This document shows positions 8,967 to 18,005 of a stretch of 32,000 nt of DNA, one piece after another. Origin of the DNA: Acinetobacter wanghuae (lineage in GTDB: Bacteria > Pseudomonadota > Gammaproteobacteria > Pseudomonadales > Moraxellaceae); assembly GCF_009557235.1 (NCBI RefSeq), contig NZ_CP045650.1:780001-812000 (forward strand), read 5' to 3'. Numbering within the stretch: the first letter of the stretch is position 1; each line of letters begins with the position of its first letter. The notes beneath the pieces are model-generated. The model saw only the letters and a list, made by a program, of their open reading frames with translations, was not told the DNA's origin and did not search any database. The translations under genes and the position numbers were made by a program.

Positions 8967-10016
8967 TTGTTTGATATTTTGATGATGTCTTTTGCGCTAA
9001 AAACCACGCCACCTACGATACTTGAAGTCTCACCACAGCATCCAAAGTTAAACCGTTTAATTGATGAGATCGAACAGCAAAAACAATTATTGCTTGCGTG
9101 GCAAAGTGCTAAAGATGAGATCCGCACCTATAGTCTAAAGGCACTCATACCTACATATTGTGAGCTATATAGTACCTTGTATGAACAGATGCAAACCCTT
9201 TGGAATAGCCTAAGTTGTTATGATTTAAGCAAATCAGATACGGTGGTAGTAGAAGATAAAATCCAAACCTTAGCGCGTTTACTGCAAGGTTCACATTTGT
9301 TGACTCAAAAGCAGGTCGATGAAGTGGAAAAGATGCATGCGTATTATGTGCAGGCAAACGAGTACGATAAGAAAAAAACCAAGAGGAAAAACTCAGCTAC
9401 TATTGATGAGCCTGACAATGAAACCGTTCAAGGTGGTGATGAGCTTGAAGATTGGAACAGCGATCAATATCAACAAGAACGTGAGCAAGCCAAGCTCAAA
9501 CGTCAGCAGGCTAAACAAGCCCAAGCCGAAAAGTTGGTGAATCAATCGCTGAAAACCGTCTATTTAAAAATTGCATCCATCATTCACCCTGACCGTGAGC
9601 CTGATGAATCTAAAAAAGCGGAAAAGACTGAACTTCTACAACGTGCCAATGAAGCCTATGAACAGGAAGATTTATTCTTTTTACTTAAACTTCAGCTTGA
9701 AGTGGAGCAAAGTAAGAATGGCTCAAATAAAGGTTTAAGTGCGGAGCAAGTGAAGTTTTACCAACAGGCTTTAGAAGCGCAAAGTCAGTCTTTGAAAAAG
9801 CAGATTCAGGAACTCATTGATTCACTTCTTTGGTCAACCAAAGCCAAAATTGCGGTGCAAAAATCAAAAGGTCAACTGAATATTGAGCAGTTATATAAGC
9901 AGATTGATGCGGATGTATCTGCGGTAAAGCAACAGTTAAAAGCGGAAAAGCAAAGGCTGAGTTTTATGGGGAAAGAGAGTGGGTTGGAGATGTTGTTGGA
10001 GCATCAAGTGCTTTAA
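8967..10016 (+). CDS. Coiled-coil protein with an internal J-domain-like segment
   Basis: LKTVYLKIASIIHPDREPDESKKAEKTELLQRANEAYEQ follows the J-domain pattern (helix II, HPD, helix III), with HPD at 9585-9593. The rest is Lys/Gln/Glu-rich coiled coil. The track start is a TTG, and the ATGs at 8982 and 8985 are likelier starts. Confidence 0.6.
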   Translation: MFDILMMSFALKTTPPTILEVSPQHPKLNRLIDEIEQQKQLLLAWQSAKDEIRTYSLKALIPTYCELYSTLYEQMQTLWNSLSCYDLSKSDTVVVEDKIQTLARLLQGSHLLTQKQVDEVEKMHAYYVQANEYDKKKTKRKNSATIDEPDNETVQGGDELEDWNSDQYQQEREQAKLKRQQAKQAQAEKLVNQSLKTVYLKIASIIHPDREPDESKKAEKTELLQRANEAYEQEDLFFLLKLQLEVEQSKNGSNKGLSAEQVKFYQQALEAQSQSLKKQIQELIDSLLWSTKAKIAVQKSKGQLNIEQLYKQIDADVSAVKQQLKAEKQRLSFMGKESGLEMLLEHQVL

Positions 10017-10021
10017 ACTTT

Positions 10022-10046
10022 TCTCCCTTTCCCTTTGGGAGAGGGA
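10022..10046. repeat. REP-like GGGAGA/TCTCCC palindromic element between convergent genes
   Basis: TCTCCCTTTCCCTTTGGGAGAGGGA has an inner hairpin TCCC-TTT-GGGA nested in TCCCT...AGGGA. Its arm composition matches the elements at 21682, 21735, 22981 and 28958. Confidence 0.5.
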
Positions 10047-10049
10047 TTA

Positions 10050-10724
10050 TTAGAAAACATTGCCCACCAATTCCGATAGATCTTCATCTAAAGTAATAGC
10101 CCATTTCCAAAAAGCAGAATATGCAAATTGAGGTGAGCACATAGCTTTTAATTTTTCGATTTTTAAATCAATTTCGGATTGAGCTAACGGTTCTGTAGGA
10201 AATAGCAATTCATTTTTGATTTTTTGTAGTTGAAAACTATATCTTTGAATATCTTTGATTAGTTCGCTCCGACTAATGCCTCTGATTCCAGTTGATGTAT
10301 TGTTATAGCATTCATCTAATAGCATTAGTGTAAGGTTGACAGACTGTTGGGTTGAAGGACTATTTTCTCTAACAGTTACTTTAATATCTCTATTATTTGT
10401 TAGAGGACACTCAAGTATAAGATAGTGAGATATATCATGGTTAGCTATAGAACAGTCTAATATGTTTGTATGAGTATGACTTTTAATACTGTTACAACGA
10501 CTACAACTATAGAATAAATTATTCCAATTAAATTTTTTTATTAGGTCTCCTTGGTGTGGATCGAGATGCTCAACCTGAATGTCTGAAATATTAGCTCTTT
10601 CACATAGATAACATTTCCCATGAAACATTTTTTTTAAGGTAAGCAGAACTTCCTCGGATCTATAATCTTTGTTGGTACCTGTCAGACTCTGTGGGACTGT
10701 ATTTGGTCTACTAACTGAAAACAT
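10050..10724 (-). CDS. HNH nuclease, Septu PtuB-like (TIGR02646-type pattern)
   Basis: The 224-aa protein contains KCYLCERANISDIQVEHLDPHQGDLIKKFNWNNLFYSCSRCNSIKS. This gives CxxC, then the catalytic-type H in EHLDPH, then N...N, then CxxCN..K, the HNH beta-beta-alpha-metal layout. Its ATG overlaps the upstream ATPase stop by 1 nt (TAATG at 10722-10726). The DNA is very AT-rich. Confidence 0.75.
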   Translation of the reverse strand: MFSVSRPNTVPQSLTGTNKDYRSEEVLLTLKKMFHGKCYLCERANISDIQVEHLDPHQGDLIKKFNWNNLFYSCSRCNSIKSHTHTNILDCSIANHDISHYLILECPLTNNRDIKVTVRENSPSTQQSVNLTLMLLDECYNNTSTGIRGISRSELIKDIQRYSFQLQKIKNELLFPTEPLAQSEIDLKIEKLKAMCSPQFAYSAFWKWAITLDEDLSELVGNVF

Positions 10725-11868
10725 TACTTGGACCCTTCTTGAGTAATTTTTTCGAGTTTATTTTTTGCAACAATATATTGTAATTGAGACTCAATAGAAA
10801 GTTTTGGCAAATCCATTTCTATTCTTTCTAGAGTATTTTTGATTTCCATCAAATTATCTCTATGCATATCCTGTTCGATAAATTCGACAATCAATTTAGA
10901 AATATAAAGGGTGTCATTACTTTCTGGATTAATATGAAATAGTTCTTTAATAATTGATTCATGTGAATAAAGACTCAAATCATCATCAAAAAATTCACCA
11001 CTAGAAATATCATAAACTACAGTATCATTGTTCGTTGAAGTAATAACAAAAGGTGAGTGAGTACTAACAATAAATTGTGTTTTGGGGAAAGACTTAATTA
11101 AGAATGGTAATATCTTTTTCTGTAATGAAATATGTAGATGGACATCAATTTCATCAATTATAGTTACACCTGAGAGTTCTTCTGGACTAATTTTTTCTCG
11201 TTCTGCTCTCATAAGAAGAGATGAGTAAATATAAAAAATTGCCTTAAAACCAGAAGAAAGTTGTTCAAAACTATAGTTAACATTTCGATTTCTTAAATTT
11301 ATAAGGACTTCATTTCCGTCTTTAGAAAAAGATAGTTCGATCGAATCATTTTCAAATATATTTTTTAAGTCATTTTCTACTTTAAGAAACCATTTCTGAA
11401 CTTCATTGACCATCCAAATGGTATGTCCTTTTTCTCCGGAACGATTGCTAAGAATATTGTTGATATCCTTTTTTATAGATATTAAATAAGCCTCTAAAAG
11501 ATTTGGTGGATCTGTAAGTTCTGGATTTTTAGTTAAATGCTCATAACTTTGAAACACTTTCATACTTAGTCCTTCAAGGGAAGGGACACGTGAGGAGTCA
11601 AAAAAGTTAAAAGCTATTTTTCTATTGTGAATGGGAATAAGAGCAAACTTTGTATCTTTTTGAATAATTTTATTTATATGATCAAAAATTCTATTAACTA
11701 GATTTTCTAAAAATTCAGGTGAGTAATAATGAAAATATTGTTCTAAATTTGGATCTTCAATTGTCTTAATAATATAGTCTTGTTGGTTAAGTATCGGATT
11801 ATCTCTGAAGAAATATTCTTTTTCTATCAAAAAAATATTGTAACTATTTTTCAGGATATTATTTAATT
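10724..11868 (-). pseudogene. ABC/SMC-type ATPase (Septu PtuA-like), C-terminal fragment cut off by the IS insertion
   Basis: The fragment contains the signature-like motif QLSSGF, Walker B/D-loop VTIIDEIDVHLH and H-loop FIVSTHSP. The frame stays open upstream of the track TTG start (ELNNILKNSYNIF-LIEKE...) until it hits a stop inside the IS at 11870-11872. Confidence 0.75.
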
Positions 11869-11894
11869 CTTAGATTCTCAAATGAAGTGCAACA
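11869..11894. repeat. IS left terminal inverted repeat
   Basis: Read directly from the sequence; see the IS entry above. Confidence 0.75.
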
Positions 11895-11966
11895 GAGATT
11901 AAATTTTGGAAAGAAGCAAGATGAGCTAGCATTTTGCTTCCGACCGACCAAAGTCAAAGTTGCATC

Positions 11967-12914
11967 ATGAACTATACTCATCTTACCCAAGAAGAAAGAT
12001 ATCAGATTTTTACATTGTTACGTGAAGGATTTTCTCAACGTTATATTGCTTGGAGACTGAATCGTTCACCTTCCACTATTTCTAGAGAAATCAATCGTAA
12101 TCGAGCTAGAAATGGTTATTTCGCTAAGCATGCTAGTAAACTCGCTCGAAGACGCCATTGCTCTAATCCTAAAAGAATCCCTGATGAAATATGGGCAAAT
12201 GTCATCTTTTATCTTGAACTTCAATGGAGTCCTGAACAGATTGCTTCCCGTGTTTCAGTCAGTCTGCATTCAATTTATCGCTTAATACGACAGGATAAAA
12301 ATAAGGGCGGTACTCTCTTTCATCATCTACGTTTCAGAAATCAAAGAAAGAGGAAATACGGCTCTCCTGAAACTCGTGGTCAGCTGGCTAATCGTAAAAG
12401 CATTCATGATAGACCGATTGAGATTGAACAGCGTCATCGTTTCGGTGATCTAGAGATAGATACGATTGTGGGTAAGAATCATCAGCAATCATTGGTCTCG
12501 ATTGTAGATCGTAAGACAGGTTATTTGTGGCTAAAGAAGTGTAGCTCACGTAAAGCAGAGGAAGTTTGCCAAACAACGATCAGTTTACTTGAGCCAATCA
12601 AAGATCAGCTCAAGACGATTACCGCAGATAATGGTAAGGAGTTTAGTCTGCATGAATGTGTTGCTCAAGAATTAGAAATAGACTGGTATTTCGCAGATCC
12701 TTATAGCGCTTGGCAACGAGGTACGAATGAAAATACCAACGGCTTAGTCAGACAATACATTAGAAAGGGAAGTGACTTAAATCAGTATACAGATGAATAT
12801 ATCTCAGAAATAACAGCCCGTATCAATCATCGTCCAAGAAAAAGACTCGGCTTTAAAAGTCCGAGTCAGGTATTATGGCAACAACATGGTGTTGCACTTC
12901 AAATGCTAATCTAA
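11967..12914 (+). CDS. IS30-family DDE transposase
   Basis: The probable start is the ATG at 11967 (MNYTHLTQEERYQIFTLLREG...), which opens an N-terminal HTH segment (RSPSTISREINRN). The DDE triad contexts are typical of IS30: GDLEIDTIVG, TITADNGKEF and PYSAWQRGTNENTNGLVRQY. The track ORF starts 33 nt earlier at a non-ATG codon. Confidence 0.9.
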   Translation: MNYTHLTQEERYQIFTLLREGFSQRYIAWRLNRSPSTISREINRNRARNGYFAKHASKLARRRHCSNPKRIPDEIWANVIFYLELQWSPEQIASRVSVSLHSIYRLIRQDKNKGGTLFHHLRFRNQRKRKYGSPETRGQLANRKSIHDRPIEIEQRHRFGDLEIDTIVGKNHQQSLVSIVDRKTGYLWLKKCSSRKAEEVCQTTISLLEPIKDQLKTITADNGKEFSLHECVAQELEIDWYFADPYSAWQRGTNENTNGLVRQYIRKGSDLNQYTDEYISEITARINHRPRKRLGFKSPSQVLWQQHGVALQMLI

Positions 12915-12915
12915 G
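12890..12915. repeat. IS right terminal inverted repeat (contains the transposase stop codon)
   Basis: Read directly from the sequence; see the IS entry above. Confidence 0.75.
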
Positions 12916-13225
12916 ATTTATAAATAGAGGAAAGATCAGATGCTTTTTTTCTTTGGATTATTTGCTCAATTAAATAAATGCTGTTTTCACTAAGTTTAAG
13001 AGGCTGTTGGAATTTTTCTAAAGTATATTCTAATAGTTCGATAAGTTTATTAGTGTTCTCTTTTTCAAGGTTTATGCCTAAACCAACTTTATCATTAGCT
13101 AAATGATTTCTAATTTTGTTTAAAAAGTATGTTTTTCCTGAACCATTATTCCCTGTCAGAATTAAGTTTCTACCGTGTAAAGGAATTTCATTTTTTTCGA
13201 ATAAAATAGTATCTATATGATTCAT
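12916..13225 (-). pseudogene. ABC/SMC-type ATPase (Septu PtuA-like), N-terminal fragment with Walker A
   Basis: MNHIDTILFEKNEIPLHGRNLILTGNNGSGKTYFLNKI... carries the Walker A motif GNNGSGKT. The ORF ends 2 codons into the IS-derived sequence (stop at 12911-12913). Deleting 11869-12918 (1050 nt) joins it in frame to the C-terminal fragment (...SSIYK-LNNILKNSY...), giving 483 aa. Confidence 0.75.
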
Positions 13226-13227
13226 TG

Positions 13228-13259
13228 TGAGAAATAAAGGGCTGAATAATCAGCCCTTT
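13228..13259 (-). terminator. Probable valS terminator hairpin
   Basis: AAAGGGCTGA (13236-13245) pairs with TCAGCCCTTT (13250-13259) around an ATAA loop. On the minus strand an ATTTCT tail follows, which is a weak T tract. Confidence 0.5.
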
Positions 13260-13290
13260 ATACTACAAATCAGATCAAACTAACAACACT

Positions 13291-16185
13291 TTAAAGCGCT
13301 GCAATTTGCTCCATATTCGCTTTAATCTTCGCTAACTGATCAGCAAACTCAGCAAGCTTCACTTTCTCGCCTTCAACCACAGCAGCAGGTGCTTTCGCCA
13401 CAAAACCTTCATTGGCAAGTTTAGTTGCAATTTGGTCATGTTGCTTTTGAACTTTGTCTAGGTCTTTTTGTAGACGACCCAATTCCGCTTTAGGATCAAT
13501 TAAGCCCTTCATAGGAACGAATACAGACACATGACCAACAACACTTGATGAAGACAATGGCGGTTGTTCAGCATCTGCAAGGAAAGTAATGCTTTCAACT
13601 TTTGCCAATGCTTTAAACAACGGTTCAATACGTGCGATTTGCGCTTTTTCAGCATCAGTGGTGTTTTGAAGCAGAACAGGCAACAAGCGCGCATTACCTA
13701 GACCCATCTCACCACGGATGTTACGTACCGCACCAATCAGACCTTGAAGCCATTGCATATCTGCTTCAGCTTGGTCGTTGATAAGCGCTTGGTCAGCAAC
13801 TGGGTATTGCGCCAACATAATTGTTTCGCCAACGATGTTCAGTTTCGGCGCAAGTGTTTGCCAGATTTCTTCTGTTAAGTAAGGCATTAACGGGTGAGCC
13901 AAACGTAAAGACGCTTCCATCACAGAAAGAAGCACACGACGCACTTCAGCTTTACGCTCAACCGATACATTTTCATCATTCAGAACAGGCTTAGTCAGCT
14001 CTACATACCAGTCACAGTATTCATTCCAAATGAACTCGTAAATCGCTTGTGCAGCCAAGTCTAAACGATAGGTCGCAAATGCTGTTTGCACCGCTTGTTG
14101 CGCTTTTTGTAAACGGCTCACGATCCATTGTTCAGGCAATTCCCAAAGGTCTTGACGTACTTCTTGACCAATCACTTGCTCTTCGCAATTCATCATCACG
14201 AAACGGGTTGCGTTCCAGATTTTGTTGGCAAAGTTACGGTAACCTTCAACACGTTTCATGTCGAACTTGATGTCACGACCGGTGTTAGCAAGCGCACAGA
14301 ATGTGAAACGAACGGCATCTGTACCGTAAGATTGAATACCTTCAGGGAATTCTTTACGAGTAGATTTTTCAATCTTCGCCGCTTGTTTTGGGTTCATCAA
14401 ACCTGTAGTACGTTTTTGTACTAAAGTTTCAAGATCCACACCGTCAATCAAATCTAATGGGTCAAGCACGTTACCCTTAGATTTAGACATCTTCTGACCT
14501 TCGCCATCACGTACCAAACCGTGTACATACACAGTTTTAAACGGCACTTGCGGTGTACCATCTTCATTTTTCATGAAGTGCATGGTCATCATGATCATGC
14601 GGGCAACCCAGAAGAAGATGATGTCAAAACCTGTTACAAGCACATCAGTCGGGTGGAAGGTATTTAAGAAGTAATTCTCAGCATCTTTTTTGGCATCGCC
14701 AGTCCAACCTAAAGTTGAGAATGTCCAAAGACCTGAAGAGAACCATGTATCCAATACGTCTTCATCTTGATCTAATTGAACATCAGCAGGAATGTTGTTT
14801 TTCGCACGAACTTCGTCTTCGTTACGACCAACGTAAACATTACCTTCTGCATCGTACCAAGCAGGGATACGGTGACCCCACCACAATTGACGCGAGATAC
14901 ACCAGTCTTGAATGTTGTTCATCCAAGCCATGTACATGTTGCTGTATTGCTCAGGTACAAATTTGATGTCGCCATCTTTCACGGCTTTGATTGCAGGTTC
15001 AGCAAGTGGCGCAATCTTCACATACCATTGATCCGTCAATAACGGCTCAACGATGACACCTGAACGGTCACCACGAGGTGGCTTAAGCGTATATGGCTGA
15101 ATTTGATCTAACCAACCTTCAGCTTCCGCTTGAGCAACGAGTTTTTTACGTGCTTCAAAACGCTCTAAACCAATGTAGTCACTAGGTGCAGGAATGGTTT
15201 TAGAAATTTGTTCGCCCGCTTTTGCGATATATTCAAAATCGCTCAACACTTCCGCATTTTTGTTGAAGATGTTGATGATTGGCAATTCGCAACGTTTACC
15301 CACTTCATAGTCATTGAAGTCATGTGCAGGGGTAATTTTTACACAGCCTGTACCGAATGCTTTATCGACATATTCGTCTTTAACGATTGGAACCGCACGA
15401 CCTGTAATTGGCAGGATAATATTTTTACCCACCAAGTCGGCATAGCGTTCATCATCAAGCGCAACCGCAACCGCAGTATCACCTAATAATGTTTCAGGAC
15501 GAGTGGTTGCAACAACGATGTGATCTTTACCATCGTGGGTACGAAGCGATTTATCTTCAAAGAAGTATTTGAAGTGCCAAAGCGAACCTTGTTCTTCTTT
15601 ATCAGACTCAACTTCTAAGTCAGAAAGCGCCGTTTGGAGTTTCGGATCCCAGTTTACAAGGCGTTTACCACGGTAGATCAAACCATCTTCATGCAGTTTA
15701 ACAAACACTTCTTTCACTGCGTTTGATAAACCATCATCCATGGTAAAGCGTTCACGTGACCAGTCTACAGATGAGCCTAGACGACGAATTTGGCGAGTAA
15801 TGTTACCGCCAGATTGTTCTTTCCATTCCCAAACTTTTTCGATGAACTTTTCACGACCAAGATCATGACGGCTAATGCCTTCTGCACCCAACTGACGTTC
15901 CACAACCATTTGGGTTGCAATACCTGCGTGGTCAGTCCCCGGTTGCCAAAGCGTATTTTTGCCTGACATACGGTTATAACGGGTCAACGCATCCATAATG
16001 GCATTGTTGAAACCATGACCCATGTGCAAGCTACCAGTGACGTTTGGCGGCGGAATCATAATACAAAACGATTCACCGTTTTTAGAAGGCTTGAAATAAC
16101 CACGCTCTTCCCAAGTTTGGTACCATTTTTTCTCGATCTCAGTAGGATCGTAGGTTGTCGCGATATTTTGCGCTGAATCAGTCAT
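13291..16185 (-). CDS. valS: Valine--tRNA ligase
   Basis: The 964-aa protein has the class I HIGH motif ([12 protein letters not shown]) and the KMSKS motif, plus a CP1 editing domain and the C-terminal coiled coil typical of ValRS. Confidence 0.97.
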   Translation of the reverse strand: MTDSAQNIATTYDPTEIEKKWYQTWEERGYFKPSKNGESFCIMIPPPNVTGSLHMGHGFNNAIMDALTRYNRMSGKNTLWQPGTDHAGIATQMVVERQLGAEGISRHDLGREKFIEKVWEWKEQSGGNITRQIRRLGSSVDWSRERFTMDDGLSNAVKEVFVKLHEDGLIYRGKRLVNWDPKLQTALSDLEVESDKEEQGSLWHFKYFFEDKSLRTHDGKDHIVVATTRPETLLGDTAVAVALDDERYADLVGKNIILPITGRAVPIVKDEYVDKAFGTGCVKITPAHDFNDYEVGKRCELPIINIFNKNAEVLSDFEYIAKAGEQISKTIPAPSDYIGLERFEARKKLVAQAEAEGWLDQIQPYTLKPPRGDRSGVIVEPLLTDQWYVKIAPLAEPAIKAVKDGDIKFVPEQYSNMYMAWMNNIQDWCISRQLWWGHRIPAWYDAEGNVYVGRNEDEVRAKNNIPADVQLDQDEDVLDTWFSSGLWTFSTLGWTGDAKKDAENYFLNTFHPTDVLVTGFDIIFFWVARMIMMTMHFMKNEDGTPQVPFKTVYVHGLVRDGEGQKMSKSKGNVLDPLDLIDGVDLETLVQKRTTGLMNPKQAAKIEKSTRKEFPEGIQSYGTDAVRFTFCALANTGRDIKFDMKRVEGYRNFANKIWNATRFVMMNCEEQVIGQEVRQDLWELPEQWIVSRLQKAQQAVQTAFATYRLDLAAQAIYEFIWNEYCDWYVELTKPVLNDENVSVERKAEVRRVLLSVMEASLRLAHPLMPYLTEEIWQTLAPKLNIVGETIMLAQYPVADQALINDQAEADMQWLQGLIGAVRNIRGEMGLGNARLLPVLLQNTTDAEKAQIARIEPLFKALAKVESITFLADAEQPPLSSSSVVGHVSVFVPMKGLIDPKAELGRLQKDLDKVQKQHDQIATKLANEGFVAKAPAAVVEGEKVKLAEFADQLAKIKANMEQIAAL

Positions 16186-16373
16186 AGTTCGAACAATTCA
16201 AAAGTAGCTAAAAAATTGCAGCTATTGTAGCAAAAAAATAGCGTAGTGCGGCAGCTTAACCAAATGCAAACTTTATCTGATTGGCAGCGTGCAAAACTCC
16301 TCGTATGATAGAGCATTACATGACCATGTCGTGTAGACCACGATAACGATAATAAAACCAATAGGAGCGCGCG

Positions 16374-17042
16374 ATGAGTCATCACATTTACTTAGAAATA
16401 CAACCTGAAACCTTTCAACGCTTTCAAGATATCCATCGAAAATTAAATGCGGGCGCTGCTGAAAGTTTGTCTAAACCGTTAGGGGATAACTTGGCAGATA
16501 TTGCCTGTGAAATTATTGATCAAGTGTTTGGTCGCATTGCGCGCTTATCTTCGTCTAAAGACCATGAGTCAGAAAAAATCGTACAACAAATTGTAGAGAC
16601 CACCCGTAAATATATGCCGTGGTCGGTGTCCTTTTTTGGCAATGAACGTTTATTGCCGATGGTCAATTATTTATATGACATGACCCAACAAAATGATGGA
16701 CATTATTATATTTATTATCCTGTCGAGCAAACCTTAGTCACCGAGTTGCTTGGCTGCGTTGAACACATGAAGCAAGGCAATAATCAATATACCAAGCCAG
16801 CATTGAAAGCCTTTACCCAAATTGTCGATGTTGGGGTGACGTACTTAATCCGTGAACCGAAAAAGATGTTGAAATTTAATGTCGTGGTCGATAAAACCTT
16901 AAATGGTGTCATCAATTTGACCACGCAATTGGGCTATAAGCGTTTTGATAAGCTCGGGCAAATCTATGATGCCGCAGCCATCAGTCATTATTTCGATCAT
17001 TTCTTGGCATTTTTGGATGATGAAATTCCGCAGCAGGCTTAA
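16374..17042 (+). CDS. Hypothetical protein (no motif recognised)
   Basis: This 222-aa ORF has an ATG start preceded by AGGAG and base composition like its neighbours. It is divergent from valS. Confidence 0.5.
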   Translation: MSHHIYLEIQPETFQRFQDIHRKLNAGAAESLSKPLGDNLADIACEIIDQVFGRIARLSSSKDHESEKIVQQIVETTRKYMPWSVSFFGNERLLPMVNYLYDMTQQNDGHYYIYYPVEQTLVTELLGCVEHMKQGNNQYTKPALKAFTQIVDVGVTYLIREPKKMLKFNVVVDKTLNGVINLTTQLGYKRFDKLGQIYDAAAISHYFDHFLAFLDDEIPQQA

Positions 17043-17077
17043 TACAATAGACGTATCTCAAGGATTGAACAAAGAAT

Positions 17078-17875
17078 ATGGACAATTTACAAGGCAAAGT
17101 GGTGTGGATTACAGGTGCATCTTCAGGGATTGGTAAAGCACTGGCTTATGAATGTGCAGCCCAAGGCGCGCAAGTCATTTTAACTGCACGTCGTTATGAA
17201 GAACTCGAAAATGTGCGTCTGAGTTTGCCTAAACCTGAGCAGCATGTCTCGATTGCCGTAGACATTACCGACGATGCACAAGTCGAAGCTGCCTACCAAA
17301 AAGTGTTGCTCGCAAAAGGTCGCATTGATTGGCTGATCAATAATGCAGGTTTAAGCCAGCGCGCTTTAATTGCAGACACCAGCATGCAAACTGAACGTGC
17401 GATTATGGAACTCGATTATTTCTCGCAAGTTTTTTTAACCAAAACGGTATTACCTACATTTTTAGCGCAGAAATCAGGACGTATTGTGTTTGTATCCAGT
17501 GTTGCAGGTTTATTGGGCACACAATATCGCGCGTCTTATTCGGCAGCCAAAGCCGCGATTCACATGTGGGCAAACAGTTTACGTGCCGAAGTCGCAGCGC
17601 AAGGTGTCGATGTTTCGGTGTTATTTCCCGGTTTTGTCAAAACCAATGTCTCAATCAATGCCTTAGATGGGGCAGGGAAACCACAAGGTTATGACAATGA
17701 CGCAACCGCCAATGGTTTAGAAGCAGATGATTTTGCGCGTCAGTCGGTGCAAGCGCTATTGGCAGGTCAAGAATATGTGGTGATTGGCGGTTCTAAAGAA
17801 AAGCTCGGAGTGTGGGTATCGCGGTTATCGCCAAAAACCTTGTATAAAATGATTCGTAAAATGAAAGTGAAGTAA
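17078..17875 (+). CDS. Short-chain dehydrogenase/reductase (SDR) family oxidoreductase
   Basis: It carries the TGASSGIG cofactor-binding motif, NNAG, and the catalytic pair S...YSAAK (YxxxK). Confidence 0.9.
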   Translation: MDNLQGKVVWITGASSGIGKALAYECAAQGAQVILTARRYEELENVRLSLPKPEQHVSIAVDITDDAQVEAAYQKVLLAKGRIDWLINNAGLSQRALIADTSMQTERAIMELDYFSQVFLTKTVLPTFLAQKSGRIVFVSSVAGLLGTQYRASYSAAKAAIHMWANSLRAEVAAQGVDVSVLFPGFVKTNVSINALDGAGKPQGYDNDATANGLEADDFARQSVQALLAGQEYVVIGGSKEKLGVWVSRLSPKTLYKMIRKMKVK

Positions 17876-18005
17876 AACTTGTGCCATCAACATCTTGGGA
17901 GCATGTCTGAAATATTGGATTGCATTGCAGTAACAACTTAAGACTTGTAGTTTTAGCACAGCGCTTTAATGTAAGGATAAGATTAATCACAATAAGTACA
18001 TCATC

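Larger units (their letters stand above)
11869..12915 (+). mobile_element. IS30-family insertion sequence, 1047 bp, flanked by a 3-bp ATT target-site duplication
   Basis: The 26-bp terminal inverted repeats match at 22/26 positions (CTTAGATTCTCAAATGAAGTGCAACA versus the reverse complement of 12890-12915, CTTAGATTAGCATTTGAAGTGCAACA). ATT occurs at 11866-11868 and again at 12916-12918. A single IS30-type transposase ORF ends inside the right IR. Confidence 0.85.

Noticed and set aside
10050-13290. Retron (reverse transcriptase plus msr/msd) or a third gene associated with the ATPase-HNH pair
   Set aside because: No RT-like ORF (no YxDD motif) is present in the island. There is also no room for another gene between the ATPase start (13225) and the valS terminator.
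13509-15486. Multiple 61-98-aa ORFs inside valS
   Set aside because: They are antisense or out-of-frame to a 964-aa gene with unmistakable ValRS motifs.
16182-16385. 67-aa minus-strand ORF spanning the valS upstream region and overlapping both the valS ATG and the start of the divergent gene
   Set aside because: It covers the divergent promoter region. Its peptide is Cys/Leu-rich with no motif and no evident RBS, so it is most likely spurious. A leader peptide cannot be formally excluded.
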